From contig CM022668.1 in assembly GCA_012295275.1 (NCBI GenBank), positions 11,346,001 to 11,410,000 of the forward strand: a stretch of 64,000 nucleotides of DNA. The letters are read 5' to 3'. A program made the position numbers and the translations under genes. The stretch is from Chrysomallon squamiferum (lineage: Eukaryota > Animalia > Mollusca). Within the stretch, counting starts at the first letter, position 1; the number at the start of each line of letters is the position of its first letter. The notes beneath the pieces are model-generated. The model searched no databases. It was given only the letters and a program-made list of their open reading frames with translations, and was not told the DNA's origin. Shown here piece after piece: positions 15,001 through 29,903 of the stretch.

Positions 15001-17297
15001 GTCTTTGTGTACCGATTTATATTTAACTATAGAATCCACATTAATCTTCTACTTCCAGATTTGTTTTTACATATTATTAATGATGTTTACTTATTTATAA
15101 TAAACTATGTATGTCAGCATTTTTTCATACCTTTCTTTTCTCCTTTATGCTGTTCAACATATAGTTTCAGAAAGAATATTCATTAAGAACCATAACTTAT
15201 TATTAACAATTGGCATTTATGTCTTTCTTTGAAGTAAAAGTATGATCAGAAAAGTATTCATTCAAACACTCGTCACACATAAACATTTCCACGAGAGATC
15301 TGGGAATGTGGATAACAAATGAGGCAACACACAGTTGAACACAGTTTACATTAACAATTATGATTCGTACAGTGTTGCCAGTGCAACACATTTTAACCAC
15401 TGAAGAGAGAATGGAATCACTCTTGCCTGTCTTCTACATATGCTAGTTAGTATTCCTCTGGCTCACCTACCTGAAATGCAATCTTGGCCTTCATAACCAG
15501 GGGCACAACCACCAATGCATTTTCCGTACACATTGTCACAGGGAGACGTTCTGTCTAAACAGTGTCTTTTACTGCATGGCTTGGAACAGTTTGTCCCGTA
15601 TGTCCCTTTCGAACATTCTGTCGATACATATATGCAACTTAAATTTTCAATCAAAAATATTTAATAAATACTCATCCTGATTGGTTGTGGTTTTATTATG
15701 CATCGAGTTGGACATTCTCAAAATGTCTGCATTAATCAATACCTTGAAAAATTTATATCACGAATTTAATTACACCTTCAAAACCTTCGTTTATGTTATC
15801 ACAGATTATGAACGTCTTATTGAAAGATATATGAAATACCCGACAATAAAATCATCGAACAACAACACTTTCGCGCACTAGGTTAATATGTAGGCTATTT
15901 GAACGATTGGGGCTCAAAGGCACATCTAACAAGCAAGAAATACATGCATGTGAAGCATCGTTCAAAAAAGGATGCAATCTGCAGATAACCTACAACTCTC
16001 ACCTTCCGTTGAATCCACTTTGCTTATGGTAGGTATCGTACAATCAATGGCTTTATAACCATCTTCACAACCACCAATGCATTCTCCATTCACTATATCA
16101 CATGCAGAGTCTTTCTTTAAACAATGCCTTGCACTGCACTGTTTAGAACAACCTTTTCCATAGGTCTTCCAACATGCTATGAATTCAAAAATAATATTTA
16201 AACAAAGTGTCATTTAGATGTCATTTTTGAAACGATTTATTTGTATTATCAAACTTCTAATACTCATAATAACATGAACATTAATTCCGTGTTAGGGACA
16301 CGTTTCTCATTTAAACAATATAAACATTTAACAAAGTATATTTTCTGACAAGTCCGCTGTATTCTGTTTTATCCAATGTTCAATTACCATAAAGCATAAA
16401 GAAGATAGTAATGATACGATCACATAAACAAAGATACCGTCTTAGATACACATCGGAAGCAATTTGAAAAAGGGAAGAGACCAACAGATAATCTACACCT
16501 GTTTTCAATTTATACAACTACAGAAAACTTACGTTTCGTACAGTCAATTTCTAAATAACCATCATCACAACCACCGACACACTCTCCTTTTACATTATCG
16601 CACGGGGAGGATCGTTTTAAACAGTGTCTTTCATTACATAGCTTAGAGCACGCTTTTCCATAGGTTATGTTAGAACATGCTGTGATTATTAATTTAAAAA
16701 GAAATAAGTATGTCTATAAGATGGCAATAATAATAATAATAATAATAATAATGATAACAATAATAATTATCATTATAAAACAGATCAGGTGTTTTATTTT
16801 ATCTTTTATCTCTTCATCACAATAAAAAGAAATAGAAAAGAAACAAAGAAGAAAAAGACATTTCTCATAACATGGGTATAATTTGTGACTCTAAGGCAGT
16901 TTTTTCTTTGATAACTGAATAACTACTTCCAGAGACTGTGGTGAATCTTTCATATCAAACATATTTACATAAAGGTGAAGCAGAAAATGTTTAATGTGAA
17001 TAATGCAAGATTCCTGAAATCACCATTAAATAGATAATCATTCTGTGTTGGCCTGTATTGCCATAAAGTAATTAGGCACTTAGGAAGAAATCACATACCT
17101 TTTGTACAGTCAATTTCTAAATAACCATCATCACAACCACCGTCACATTCTCCTTTTACATTATCGCACGGGGAGGATCGTTTTAAACAGTGTCTTTCAT
17201 TACATAGCTTAGAGCACGCTTTTCCATAGGTTATATTAGAACAGGCTGTGATTATTAGTTTAAAAAAAAGCAATAAGTATATCTATCACATGACAAA

Positions 17298-17360
<63 letters not shown>

Positions 17361-17374
17361 ACTACTACTACTAC

Positions 17375-17407
<33 letters not shown>

Positions 17408-20265
17408 TAGGAACAATAATAACAATAATAATTATAATTATGAAGCAGATCATTTGTTTTATTTTATCCTCTATCGCTTCCTCACAATAAAAAGAAAGTT
17501 AAAGTAAAGAAAGAGAAAAAAGACATTTCTCATAACAGGGGTCCAATATGAGACTCTACGGTAGTTTTGTCTTTGAATAACTACTTTCGGAAACTGTGGT
17601 GAATCGTTCATATCAAACGTATTTACATAAAGGCCACTCAGAAAATGTTTAATGTAAATAATGCAAGATTCCCGAAATCACCATTAAATAGATAATAATT
17701 CTGTGTTGACCTGTATTCCCATAAAGTAACTAGGCACTTAGGAAGAAACCACATACCTTTTGTACAGTCAATTTCTAAATAACCATCTGTACAACCACCG
17801 ACACACTCTCCCTTTACGTTGTCACACGGAGATGATGTGTTAAAACAGTGTCTTTTACTGCATTGTTTAGAACACCTTTGACCATAGGTCGACTTGGAAC
17901 ATACTGTTGATATAATACATTTAAACAATAGAAATATGATTTTTTTAACTTTATGTCTTTGTGTACCGATTTATATTTAACTATAGAATCCACATTAAAC
18001 TTCTACTTCCAGATTTATTTTTACATATTATTAATGATGTTTACTTATTTATAATAAACTATGTATGTCAGCATTTTTTCATACCTTTCTTTTCTCCTTT
18101 ATGCTGTCCAACATATAGTTTCAGAAAGAATATTCATTAAGAACCATAACTTATTATTAACAATTGGCATTTATGTCTTTCTTTGAAGTAAAAGTATGAT
18201 CAGAAAAGTATTCATTCAAACACTCGTCAAACATAAACATTTCCACGAGAGATCTGGGAATGTGGATAACAAATGAGGCAACACACAGTTGAACACAGTT
18301 TACATTAACAATTATGATTCGTACAGTGTTGCCAGTGCAACACATTTTAACCAATGAAGAGAGAATGGAATCACTCTTGCCTGTCTTCTACATATGCTAG
18401 TTAGTATTCCTCTGGCACACTTACCTGAAATGCAATCTTGGCCTTCATAACCAGGGGCACAGCCACCAATGCATTTTCCGTACACATTGTCACAGGGAGA
18501 CGTTCTGTCTAAACAGTGTCTTTTACTGCATGGCTTGGAACAGTTTGTCCCGTATGTCCCTTTCGAACATTCTGTCGATACATATATGCAACTTAAAGAA
18601 GATACGGTACATTTTCAATCAAAAATATTTAATAAATACTCATGCTGATTGGTTGTGGTTTTATTATGCATCGAGTTGGACATTCTCAAAATGTCTGCAT
18701 TAATCAATACCTTGAAAAATTTATATCACGGATTTAATTACACCTTCAAAACCTTCGTTTATGTTATCACAGATTATGAACGTCTTATTGAAAGATATAT
18801 GAAATACCCGACAATAAAATCATCGAACAACAACACTTTCGCGCACTAGGTTAATATGTAGGCTATTTGAACGATTGGGGCTCAAAGGCACATCTAACAA
18901 GCAAGAAATACATGCATGTGAAACATCGTTCAAAAAAGGAAGCAATCTGCAGATAACCTACAACTCTCACCTTCCGTTGAATCCACTTTGCTTATGGTAG
19001 GTATCGTACAATCAATGGCTTTATAACCATCTTCACAACCACCAATGCATTCTCCATTCACTATATCACATGCAGAGTCTTTCTTTAAACAATGCCTTGC
19101 ACTGCACTGTTTAGAACAACCTTTTCCATAGGTCTTCCAACATGCTATGAATTCAAAAATAATATTTAAACAAAGTGTCATTTAGATGTCATTTTTGAAA
19201 CGATTTATTTGTACTATCAAACTTCTAATACTCATAATAATATGAACATTAATTCCGTCTCAGGGACACATTTCTCATTTAAACAATATAAACATTTAAC
19301 AAAGTATATTTTCTGACAAGTCCGCTGTATTCTGTTTTATCCAATGTTCAATTACCATAAAGCATAAAGAAGATAGTAATGATACGATCACATAAACAAA
19401 GATACCGTCTTAGATACACATGGGAAGCAATTTGAAAAAGGGAAGAGACCAACAGATAATCTACACCTGTTTTTAATTTATACAACTACAGAAAACTTAC
19501 GTTTCGTGCAGTCAATTTCTAAATAACCATCATCACAACCACCGACACACTCTCCTTTTACATTATCGCACGGGGAGGATCGTTTTAAACAGTGTCTTTC
19601 ATTACATAGCTTAGAGCACGCTTTTCCATAGGTTATGTTAGAACATGCTGTGATTATTAATTTAAAAAAAAATAAGTATGTCTATAAGATGGCAATAATA
19701 ATAATAATAATAGTAATAATGATAACAATAATAATTATAATTATAAAACAGATCAGGTGTTTTATTTTATCTTTTATCTCTTCATCACAATAAAAAGAAA
19801 TAGAAAAGAAACAAAGAAGAAAAAGACATTTCTCATAACATGGGTATAATTTGTGACCCTAAGGCAGTTTTTTCTTTGATAACTGAATAACTACTTCCAG
19901 AGACTGTGGTGAATCTTTCATATCAAACATATTTACATAAAGGTGAAGCAGAAAATGTTTAATGTGAATAATGCAAGATTCCTGAAATCACCATTAAATA
20001 GATAATCATTCTGTGTTGACCTGTATTCCCATAAAGTAATTAGGCACTTAGGAAGAAATCACATACCTTTTGTACAGTCAATTTCTAAATAACCATCATC
20101 ACAACCACCGTCACATTCTCCTTTTACATTATCGCACGGGGAGGATCGTTTTAAACAATGTCTTTCATTACATAGCTTAGAGCACGCTTTTCCATAGGTT
20201 ATATTAGAACAGGCTGTGATTATTAGTTTAAAAAAAAGCAATAAGTATATCTATCACATGACAAA

Positions 20266-20309
<44 letters not shown>

Positions 20310-20910
20310 TATAATACTACTACTACTACTACTACTACTAGTAATAATAATAATAATAACAATAGGAACAATAATAACAATAATAATTATAATTATGAAG
20401 CAGATCATTTGTTTTATTTTATCCTCTATCGCTTCCTCACAATAAAAAGAAAGTTAAAGTAAAGAAAGACAAAAAAGACATTTCTCATAACAGGGGTATA
20501 ATATGAGACTCTACGGCAGTTTTGTCTTTGAATAACTACTTTCGCAAACTGTGGTGAATCGTTCATATCAAACGTATTTACATAAAGGCCACTCAGAAAA
20601 TGTTTAATGTAAATAATGCAAGATTCCCGAAATCACCATTAAATAGATAATCATTCTGTGTTGGCCTGTATTCCCATAAAGTAATTAGGCACTTAGGAAG
20701 AAATCACATACCTTTTGTACAGTCAATTTCTAAATAACCATCATCACAACCACCGTCACATTCTCCTTTTACATTATCGCACGGGGAGGATCGTTTTAAA
20801 CAGTGTCTTTCATTACATAGCTTAGAGCACGCTTTTCCATAGGTTATATTAGAACAGGCTGTGATTATTAGTTTAAAAAAAAGCAATAAGTATATCTATC
20901 ACATGACAAA

Positions 20911-20954
<44 letters not shown>

Positions 20955-23851
20955 TATAATACTACTACTACTACTACTACTACTAGTAATAATAATAATA
21001 ATAACAATAGGAACAATAATAACAATAATAATTATAATTATGAAGCAGATCATTTGTTTTATTTTATCCTCTATCGCTTCCTCACATTAAAAAGAAAGTT
21101 AAAGTAAAGAAAGACAAAAAAGACATTTCTCATAACAGGGGTATAATATGAGACTCTACGGCAGTTTTGTCTTTGAATAACAACTTTCGCAAACTGTGGT
21201 GAATCGTTCATATCAAACGTATTTACATAAAGGCCACTCAGAAAATGTTTAATGTAAATAATGCAAGATTCCCGAAATCACCATTAAATAGATAATCATT
21301 CTGTGTTGACCTGTATTCCCATAAAGTAACTAGGCACTTAGGAAGAAACCACATACCTTTTGTACAGTCAATTTCTAAATAACCATCTGTACAACCACCG
21401 ACACACTCTCCCTTTACGTTGTCACACGGAGATGATGTGTTAAAACAGTGTCTTTTACTGCATTGTTTAGAACACCTTTGACCATAGGTCGACTTGGAAC
21501 ATACTGTTGATATAATACATTTAAACAATAGAAATATGATTTTTTTAACTTTATGTCTTTGTGTACCGATTTATATTTAACTATAGAATCCACATTAATC
21601 TTCTACTTCCAGATTTGTTTTTACATATTATTAATGATGTTTACTTATTTATAATAAACTATGTATGTCAGCATTTTTTCATGCCTTTCTTTTCTCCTTT
21701 ATGCTGTCCAACATATAGTTTCAGAAAGAATATTCATTAAGAACCATAACTTATTATTAACAATTGGCATTTATGTCTTTCTTTGAAGTAAAAGTATGAT
21801 CAGAAAAGTATTCATTCAAACACTCGTCACACATAAACATTTCCACGAGAGATCTGGGAATGTGGATAACAAATGAGGCAACACACAGTTGAACACAGTT
21901 TACATTAACAATTATGATTCGTACAGTGTTGCCAGTGCAACACATTTTAACCACTGAAGAGATAATGGAATCACTCTTGCCTGTCTTCTACATATGCTAG
22001 TTAGTATTCCTCTGGCACACCTACCTGAAATGCAATCTTGGCCTTCATAACCAGGGGCACAACCACCGATGCATTTTCCGTACACATTGTCACAGGGAGA
22101 CGTTCTGTCTAAACAGTGTCTTTTACTGCATGGCTTGGAACAGTTTGTCCCGTATGTCCCTTTCGAACATTCTGTCGATACATATATGCAACTTAAATTT
22201 TCAATCAAAAATATTTAATAAATACTCATCCTGATTGGTTGTGGTTTTATTATGCATCGAGTTGGACATTCTCAAAATGTCTGCATTAATCAATACCTTG
22301 AAAAATTTATATCACGAATTTAATTACACCTTCAAAACCTTCGTTTATGTTATCACAGATTATGAACGTCTTATTGAAAGATATATGAAATACCCGACAA
22401 TGAAATCATCCAACAACAACACTTTCGCGCACTAGGTTAATATGTAGGCTATTTGAACGATTGGGGCTCAAAGGCACATCTAACAAGCAAGAAATACATG
22501 CATGTGAAGCATCGTTCAAAAAAAGGAAGCAATCTGCAGATAACCTACAACTCTCACCTTCCGTTGAATCCACTTTGCTTATGGTAGGTATCGTACAATC
22601 AATGGCTTTATAACCATCTTCACAACCACCAATGCATTCTCCATTCACTATATCACATGCAGAGTCTTTCTTTAAACAATGCCTTGCACTGCACTGTTTA
22701 GAACAACCTTTTCCATAGGTCTTCCAACATGCTATGAATTCAAAAATAATATTTAAACAAAGTGTCATTTAGATGCCATTTTTGAAACGATTTATTTGTA
22801 TTATCAAACTTCTAATACTCATAATAACATGAACATTAATTCCGTGTTAGGGACACGTTTCTCATTTAAACAATATAAACATTTAACAAAGTATATTTTC
22901 TGACAAGTCCGCTGTATTCTGTTTTATCCAATGTTCAATTACCATAAAGCATAAAGAAGATAGTAATGATACGATCACATAAACAAAGATACCGTCTTAG
23001 ATACACATGGGAAGCAATTTGAAAAAGGGAAGAGACCAACAGATAATCTACACCTGTTTTCAATTTATACAACTACAGAAAACTTACGTTTCGTACAGTC
23101 AATTTCTAAATAACCATCATCACAACCACCGACACACTCTCCTTTTACATTATCGCACGGGGAGGATCGTTTTAAACAGTGTCTTTCATTACATAGCTTA
23201 GAGCACGCTTTTCCATAGGTTATGTTAGAACATGCTGTGATTATTAATTTAAAAAAAATAAGTATGTCTATAAGATGGCAATAATAATAATAATAATAGA
23301 AATAATGATAACAATAATAATTATAATTATAAAACAGATCAGGTGTTTTATTTTATCTTTTATCTCTTCATCACAATAAAAAGAAATAGAAAAGAAAGAA
23401 AGAAGAAAAACACATTTCTCATCACATGGGTATAATTTGTGACTCTAAGGCATTTTTTTCTTTGATAACTGAATAACTACTTCCAGAGACTGTGGTGAAT
23501 CTTTCATATCAAACATATTTACATAAAGGTGAAGCAGAAAATGTTTAATGTGAATAATGCAAGATTCCTGAAATCACCATTAAATAGATAATCATTCTGT
23601 GTTGACCTGTATTCCCATAAAGTAATTAGGCACTTAGGAAGAAATCACATACCTTTTGTACAGTCAATTTCTAAATAACCATCATCACAACCACCGTCAC
23701 ATTCTCCTTTTACATTATCGCACGGGGAGGATCGTTTTAAACAATGTCTTTCATTACATAGCTTAGAGCACGCTTTTCCATAGGTTATATTAGAACAGGC
23801 TGTGATTATTAGTTTAAAAAAAAGCAATAAGTATATCTATCAGATGACAAA

Positions 23852-23888
<37 letters not shown>

Positions 23889-26800
23889 TAATACTACTAC
23901 TACTACTACTACTATTACTACTACTAATAATAATAATAATAACAACAATAGTAACAAGAATAACAACAATAGGGACAATAATAACAATAATAATTGTAAT
24001 TATGAAGCAGATCATTTGTTTTATTTTATCCTCTTCAATAAAAAGAAAGTTAAAGTAAAGAAAGAGAAAAAAGACATTTCTCATAACAGGGGTCTAATAT
24101 GAGACTCTACGGCAGTTTTGTCTTTGAATAACTACTTTCGGAAACTGTGGTGAATCGTTCATATCAAACGTATTTACATAAAGGCCACTCAGAAAATGTT
24201 TAATGTAAATAATGCAAGATTCCCGAAATCACCATTAAATAGATAATCATTCTGTGTTGACCTGTATTCCCATAAAGTAACTAGGCACTTAGGAAGAAAC
24301 CACATACCTTTTGTACAGTCAATTTCTAAATAACCATCTGTACAACCACCGACACACTCTCCCTTTACGTTGTCACACGGAGATGATGTGTTAAAACAGT
24401 GTCTTTTACTGCATTGTTTAGAACACCTTTGACCATAGGTCGACTTGGAACATACTGTTGATATAATACATTTAAACAATAGAAATATGATTTTTTTTTT
24501 AACTTTATGTCTTTGTGTACCGATTTATATTTAACTATAGAATCCACATTAATCTTCTACTTCCAGATTTGTTTTCATATTATTAATGATGTTTACTTAT
24601 TTATAATAAACTATGTATGTCAGCATTTTTTCATGCCTTTCTTTTCTCCTTTTATGCTGTCCAACATATAGTTTCAGAAAGAATATTCATTAAGAACCAT
24701 AACTTATTATTAACAATTGGCATTTATGTCTTTCTTTGAAGTAAAAGTATGATCAGAAAAGTATTCATTCAAACACTCGTCAAACATAAACATTTCCACG
24801 AGAGATCTGGGAATGTGGATAACAAATGAGGCAACACACAGTTGAACACAGTTTACATTAACAATTATGATTCGTACAGTGTTGCCAGTGCAACACATTT
24901 TAACCACTGAAGAGATAATGGAATCACTCTTGCCTGTCTTCTACATATGCTAGTTAGTATTCCTCTGGCACACCTACCTGAAATGCAATCTTGGCCTTCA
25001 TAACCAGGGGCACAACCACCGATGCATTTTCCGTACACATTGTCACAGGGAGACGTTCTGTCTAAACAGTGTCTTTTACTGCATGGCTTGGAACAGTTTG
25101 TCCCGTATGTCCCTTTCGAACATTCTGTCGATACATATATGCAACTTAAATTTTCAATCAAAAATATTTAATAAATACTCATGCTGATTGGTTGTGGTTT
25201 TATTATGCATCGAGTTGGACATTCTCAAAATGTCTGCATTAATCAATACCTTGAAAAATTTATATCACGAATTTAATTACACCTTCAAAACCTTCGTTTA
25301 TGTTATCACAGATTATGAACGTCTTATTGAAAGATATATGAAATACCCGACAATAAAATCATCGAACAACAACACTTTCGCGCACTAGGTTAATATGTAG
25401 GCTATTTGAACGATTGGGGCTCAAAGGCACATCTAACAAGCAAGAAATACATGCATGTGAAACATCGTTCAAAAAAGGAAGCAATCTGCAGATAACCTAC
25501 AACTCTCACCTTCCGTTGAATCCACTTTGCTTATGGTAGGTATCGTACAATCAATGGCTTTATAACCATCTTCACAACCACCAATGCATTCTCCATTCAC
25601 TATATCACATGCAGAGTCTTTCTTTAAACAATGCCTTGCACTGCACTGTTTAGAACAACCTTTTCCATAGGTCTTCCAACATGCTATGAATTCAAAAATA
25701 ATATTTAAACAAAGTGTCATTTAGATGTCATTTTTGAAACGATTTATTTGTACTATCAAACTTCTAATACTCATAATAACATGAACATTAATTCCGTGTT
25801 AGGGACACGTTTCTCATTTAAACAATATAAACATTTAACAAAGTATATTTTCTGACAAGTCCGCTGTATTCTGTTTTATCCAAGGTTCAATTACCATAAA
25901 GCATAAAGAAGATAGTAATGATACGATCACATAAACAAAGATACCGTCTTATATACACATGGGAAGCAATTTGAAAAAGGGAAGAGACCAACAGATAATC
26001 TACACCTGTTTTCAATTTATACAACTACAGAAAACTTACGTTTCGTGCAGTCAATTTCTAAATAACCATCATCACAACCACCGACACACTCTCCTTTTAC
26101 ATTATCGCACGGGGAGGATCGTTTTAAACAGTGTCTTTCATTACATAGCTTAGAGCACGCTTTTCCATAGGTTATGTTAGAACATGCTGTGATTATTAAT
26201 TTAAAAAAAATAAGTATGTCTATAAGATGGCAATAATAATAATAATAATAGAAATAATGATAACAATAATAATTATAATTATAAAACAGATCAGGTGTTT
26301 TATTTTATCTTTTATCTCTTCATCACAATAAAAAGAAATAGAAAAGAAAGAAAGAAGAAAAACACATTTCTCATCACATGGGTATAATTTGTGACCCTAA
26401 GGCAGTTTTTTCTTTGATAACTGAATAACTACTTCCAGAGACTGTGGTGAATCTTTCATATCAAACATATTTACATAAAGGTGAAGCAGAAAATGTTTAA
26501 TGTGAATAATGCAAGATTCCTGAAATCACCATTAAATAGATAATCATTCTGTGTTGACCTGTATTCCCATAAGGTAATTAGGCACTTAGGAAGAAATCAC
26601 ATACCTTTTGTACAGTCAATTTCTAAATAACCATCATCACAACCACCGTCACATTCTCCTTTTACATTATCGCACGGGGAGGATCGTTTTAAACAATGTC
26701 TTTCATTACATAGCTTAGAGCACGCTTTTCCATAGGTTATATTAGAACAGGCTGTGATTATTAGTTTAAAAAAGAGCAATAAGTATATCTATCAGATGAC

Positions 26801-29800
26801 AAAAATAATAATAATAATAATATAATACTACTACTACTACTACTAATAATAATAATAACAACAATAGTAACAAGAATAACAACAATAGGAACAATAATAA
26901 CAATAATAATTATAATTATGAAGCAGATCATTTGTTTTATTTTATCCTCTATCGCTTCCTCACAATAAAAAGAAAGTTAAAGTAAAGAAAGAGAAAAAAG
27001 ACATTTCTCATAACAGGGGTCTAATATGAGACTCTACGGCAGTTTTGTCTTTGAATAACTACTTTCGGAAACTGTGGTGAATCGTTCATATCAAACGTAT
27101 TTACATAAAGGCCACTCAGAAAATGTTTAATGTAAATAATGCAAGATTCCCGAAATCACCATTAAATAGATAATCATTCTGTGTTGACCTGTATTCCCAT
27201 AAAGTAACTAGGCACTTAGGAAGAAACCACATACCTTTTGTACAGTCAATTTCTAAATAACCATCTGTACAACCACCGACACACTCTCCCTTTACGTTGT
27301 CACACGGAGATGATGTGTTAAAACAGTGTCTTTTACTGCATTGTTTAGAACAACCTTGACCATAGGTCGTCTTGGAACATACTGTTGATATAATAAACAT
27401 TTGGAAAAACTGGGGCTTTGTTTTTCTCTTCACTTCGAATATTACACTATAAAGTTAACTTTAATCTCGACAATAATTTTCAGTTTCCTAATTATATATA
27501 CATTTTTTTTCTTCTTGTTGTTGTTGTTGTTCACCTTTTACTTCTTTAATTATTATTATTATTTTTGTTTTTGTTATTATTTTCCTTTTACTTCTTTAAT
27601 CATTTTTTTTATTTTTCGTACAAATCATAGTTTTTTCGTATAATTCTTTTCTACTTTAAATAGCCCAATATACAAATTCTCAATAACTATCCATGAAGAA
27701 AGATAACTTTTTATTAATCATTTCTATTTACTTTATGTACTCCGAAATATTTTCAGCAGTCGTAAAGCATATCAGAGACGAAAAGCTGAACAGATGAGTC
27801 CAAATTCCAATAAGGTTAATATGGTTTTCGACGATTAGTGAGAAAGACAGAAGCATATTAATTTAAATATTACGATTCGTACAATGTCGCCAGTGAAACA
27901 TATTTCAACAACTGAAGATAGACGGGAAACCCTGCTGACCGCCATCTAAATAAAATAATCTGTAGTTTTGTGGTGAACCTACCTAAAATACAGTCTTGGC
28001 GTTGATAACCAGGTGCACAACCACCGATGCATTTTCCGTACACGTTATCACACGGGGAGGTCGTGTTTAAACAGTGTCTTTTACTGCATGGCTTCGAGCA
28101 ATTTGTCCCGTATATCCCTTTCAAACATTCTGTAGATGCAATCATGCAAGTTAAAGAAAATGTCATACATTTTCAGTCAAAAACATTATAATAAATAGAC
28201 ATGTTGATTTCTTGTGGCTTCATTAAGCCTTTTCTTGGAAATTCGGAGAATTTGTGGAGTAATCAATGACTGAAGAAATTATATGCCGAAAAGATTACCC
28301 TTTCAACACTGTCATTTATGTTATCATATAGTATAAAACTCTTACTGAAAGTCCTCGCACATTTCTCTTATTAGTATTTGTTATTATATAAACAGTCAAC
28401 CGTAGCGACACTAGTAAAGTGGTTCATGGTCGGGTCCCTCTATATACGAGGGCCTACGGAACAATTTTTGATATTCGGAATCTTTCACAACATAAATAAT
28501 AATGCTGTCTCCCCAACAGTTAAGAGATGCCTTGTTATCGGGAAACATTACCCATGAACTTCATCGATCTCTAAATGTTCCTAAATCATCCGTCCTACGC
28601 CGAACAATGTTAAAATTTACATTAATGCATAGCCCTGTTCTATTAGGGATACAGGAAACCTACCTTTCGAACAATCAATCAGTCTGTACCCAGCTGCACA
28701 ACCAGTGACACATTCTCCTGTCACTTTATCACACGAAATACTTCTCTTCCTACAGTGTCTGTCGGAGCATTTCTTGGTACAATTTGTTCCATAATTCGTT
28801 TTCTCACATGCTACACAGAAAATAAAAGTTTGAAACCAGGAGCCTGATTTGATTCTTTATATTAACACTTATTCACTATTCTACGAATAGAGGTTTTATT
28901 CCATATTCAAAAACTCTAGCCGTTTTCTTTCTATCATATGCCGACTTACCATTAAATCCACTAATTCATAGAATACGTGCTTTCAGTGTCTTATTGATCT
29001 TAACATAAAACATCGGACTACACCATCATCGGAAAACAGCACTTTCGCGAACTAACTTAATATGAACAAGTAGCATGCAAAAACAGACAGGTGAACCATC
29101 CTTCAAGAAGAAAACAATCGGTAGAAACCCTACAAATCTCACCTTCTAATGCTAACATATTAACTTACGTATCGTACAATCAACGGCTTTATAACCATCT
29201 TCACAACCACCAATACATTTTCCTTTCACTATATCACATGCAGAGTCTTTGTTTAAACAATGTCTTTCACTGCATTGCTTAGAGCAGGCTTTTCCATAGG
29301 TCTTCGTGCATGCTATGAATTCAAAAATAATCTTTAAATAAAATGTGATTTAGATGTCATTTTTAAACGATTTATTTGTATTGTCAAACCACTAATGTGT
29401 ACTGTCAACGACTCCTAATAACATGAACATTAATTCCGTGTCTGGGACACATTTCTCTTTTAATAACAATAAAAACATTTTTAAAACTCTTTGGTGACAG
29501 GTCTGCTCTATTCTGTGTTATGAAATGCATAGAGAATAAAGAAGGTAGTGATGATAGGATCACACAAACAAAGAGAGTGCCTTAGATACAGCTGGTACTG
29601 ATTTTGAAAAAGGGAAGGGACCAAAATAAATCTACAGGTGTCTTCAATTTATACAACTACAGAAAACTTACGTTTCGTACAGTCAATTTCTAAATAACCG
29701 TCATCACAACCACCGACACACTCTCCTTTTACATTATCGCACGGGGAGGATCGTTTTAAACAGTGTCTTTCATTACATAGCTTAGAGCACGCTTTTCCAT

Positions 29801-29865
29801 AGGTTATGTTAGAACATGCTGTGATTATTAATTTAAAAAACATATTAGTATGTCTATCAAATGGC

Positions 29866-29903
<38 letters not shown>

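Larger units (their letters stand above)
10600..27390. repeat. Higher-order tandem array II: ~5.7 units of 2.3-3.6 kb, transcript order B-(C')n-C-D-A
   Basis: D exons at 10733, 13703, 16003, 18971, 22558, 25510; introns nearly identical between units. Confidence 0.92.

Noticed and set aside
17248-17490. Poly-Ile/Leu/Tyr/Asn ORFs resembling TM segments or signal peptides
   Set aside because: Translations of (AAT)n/(TAC)n/(TTA)n intronic microsatellites
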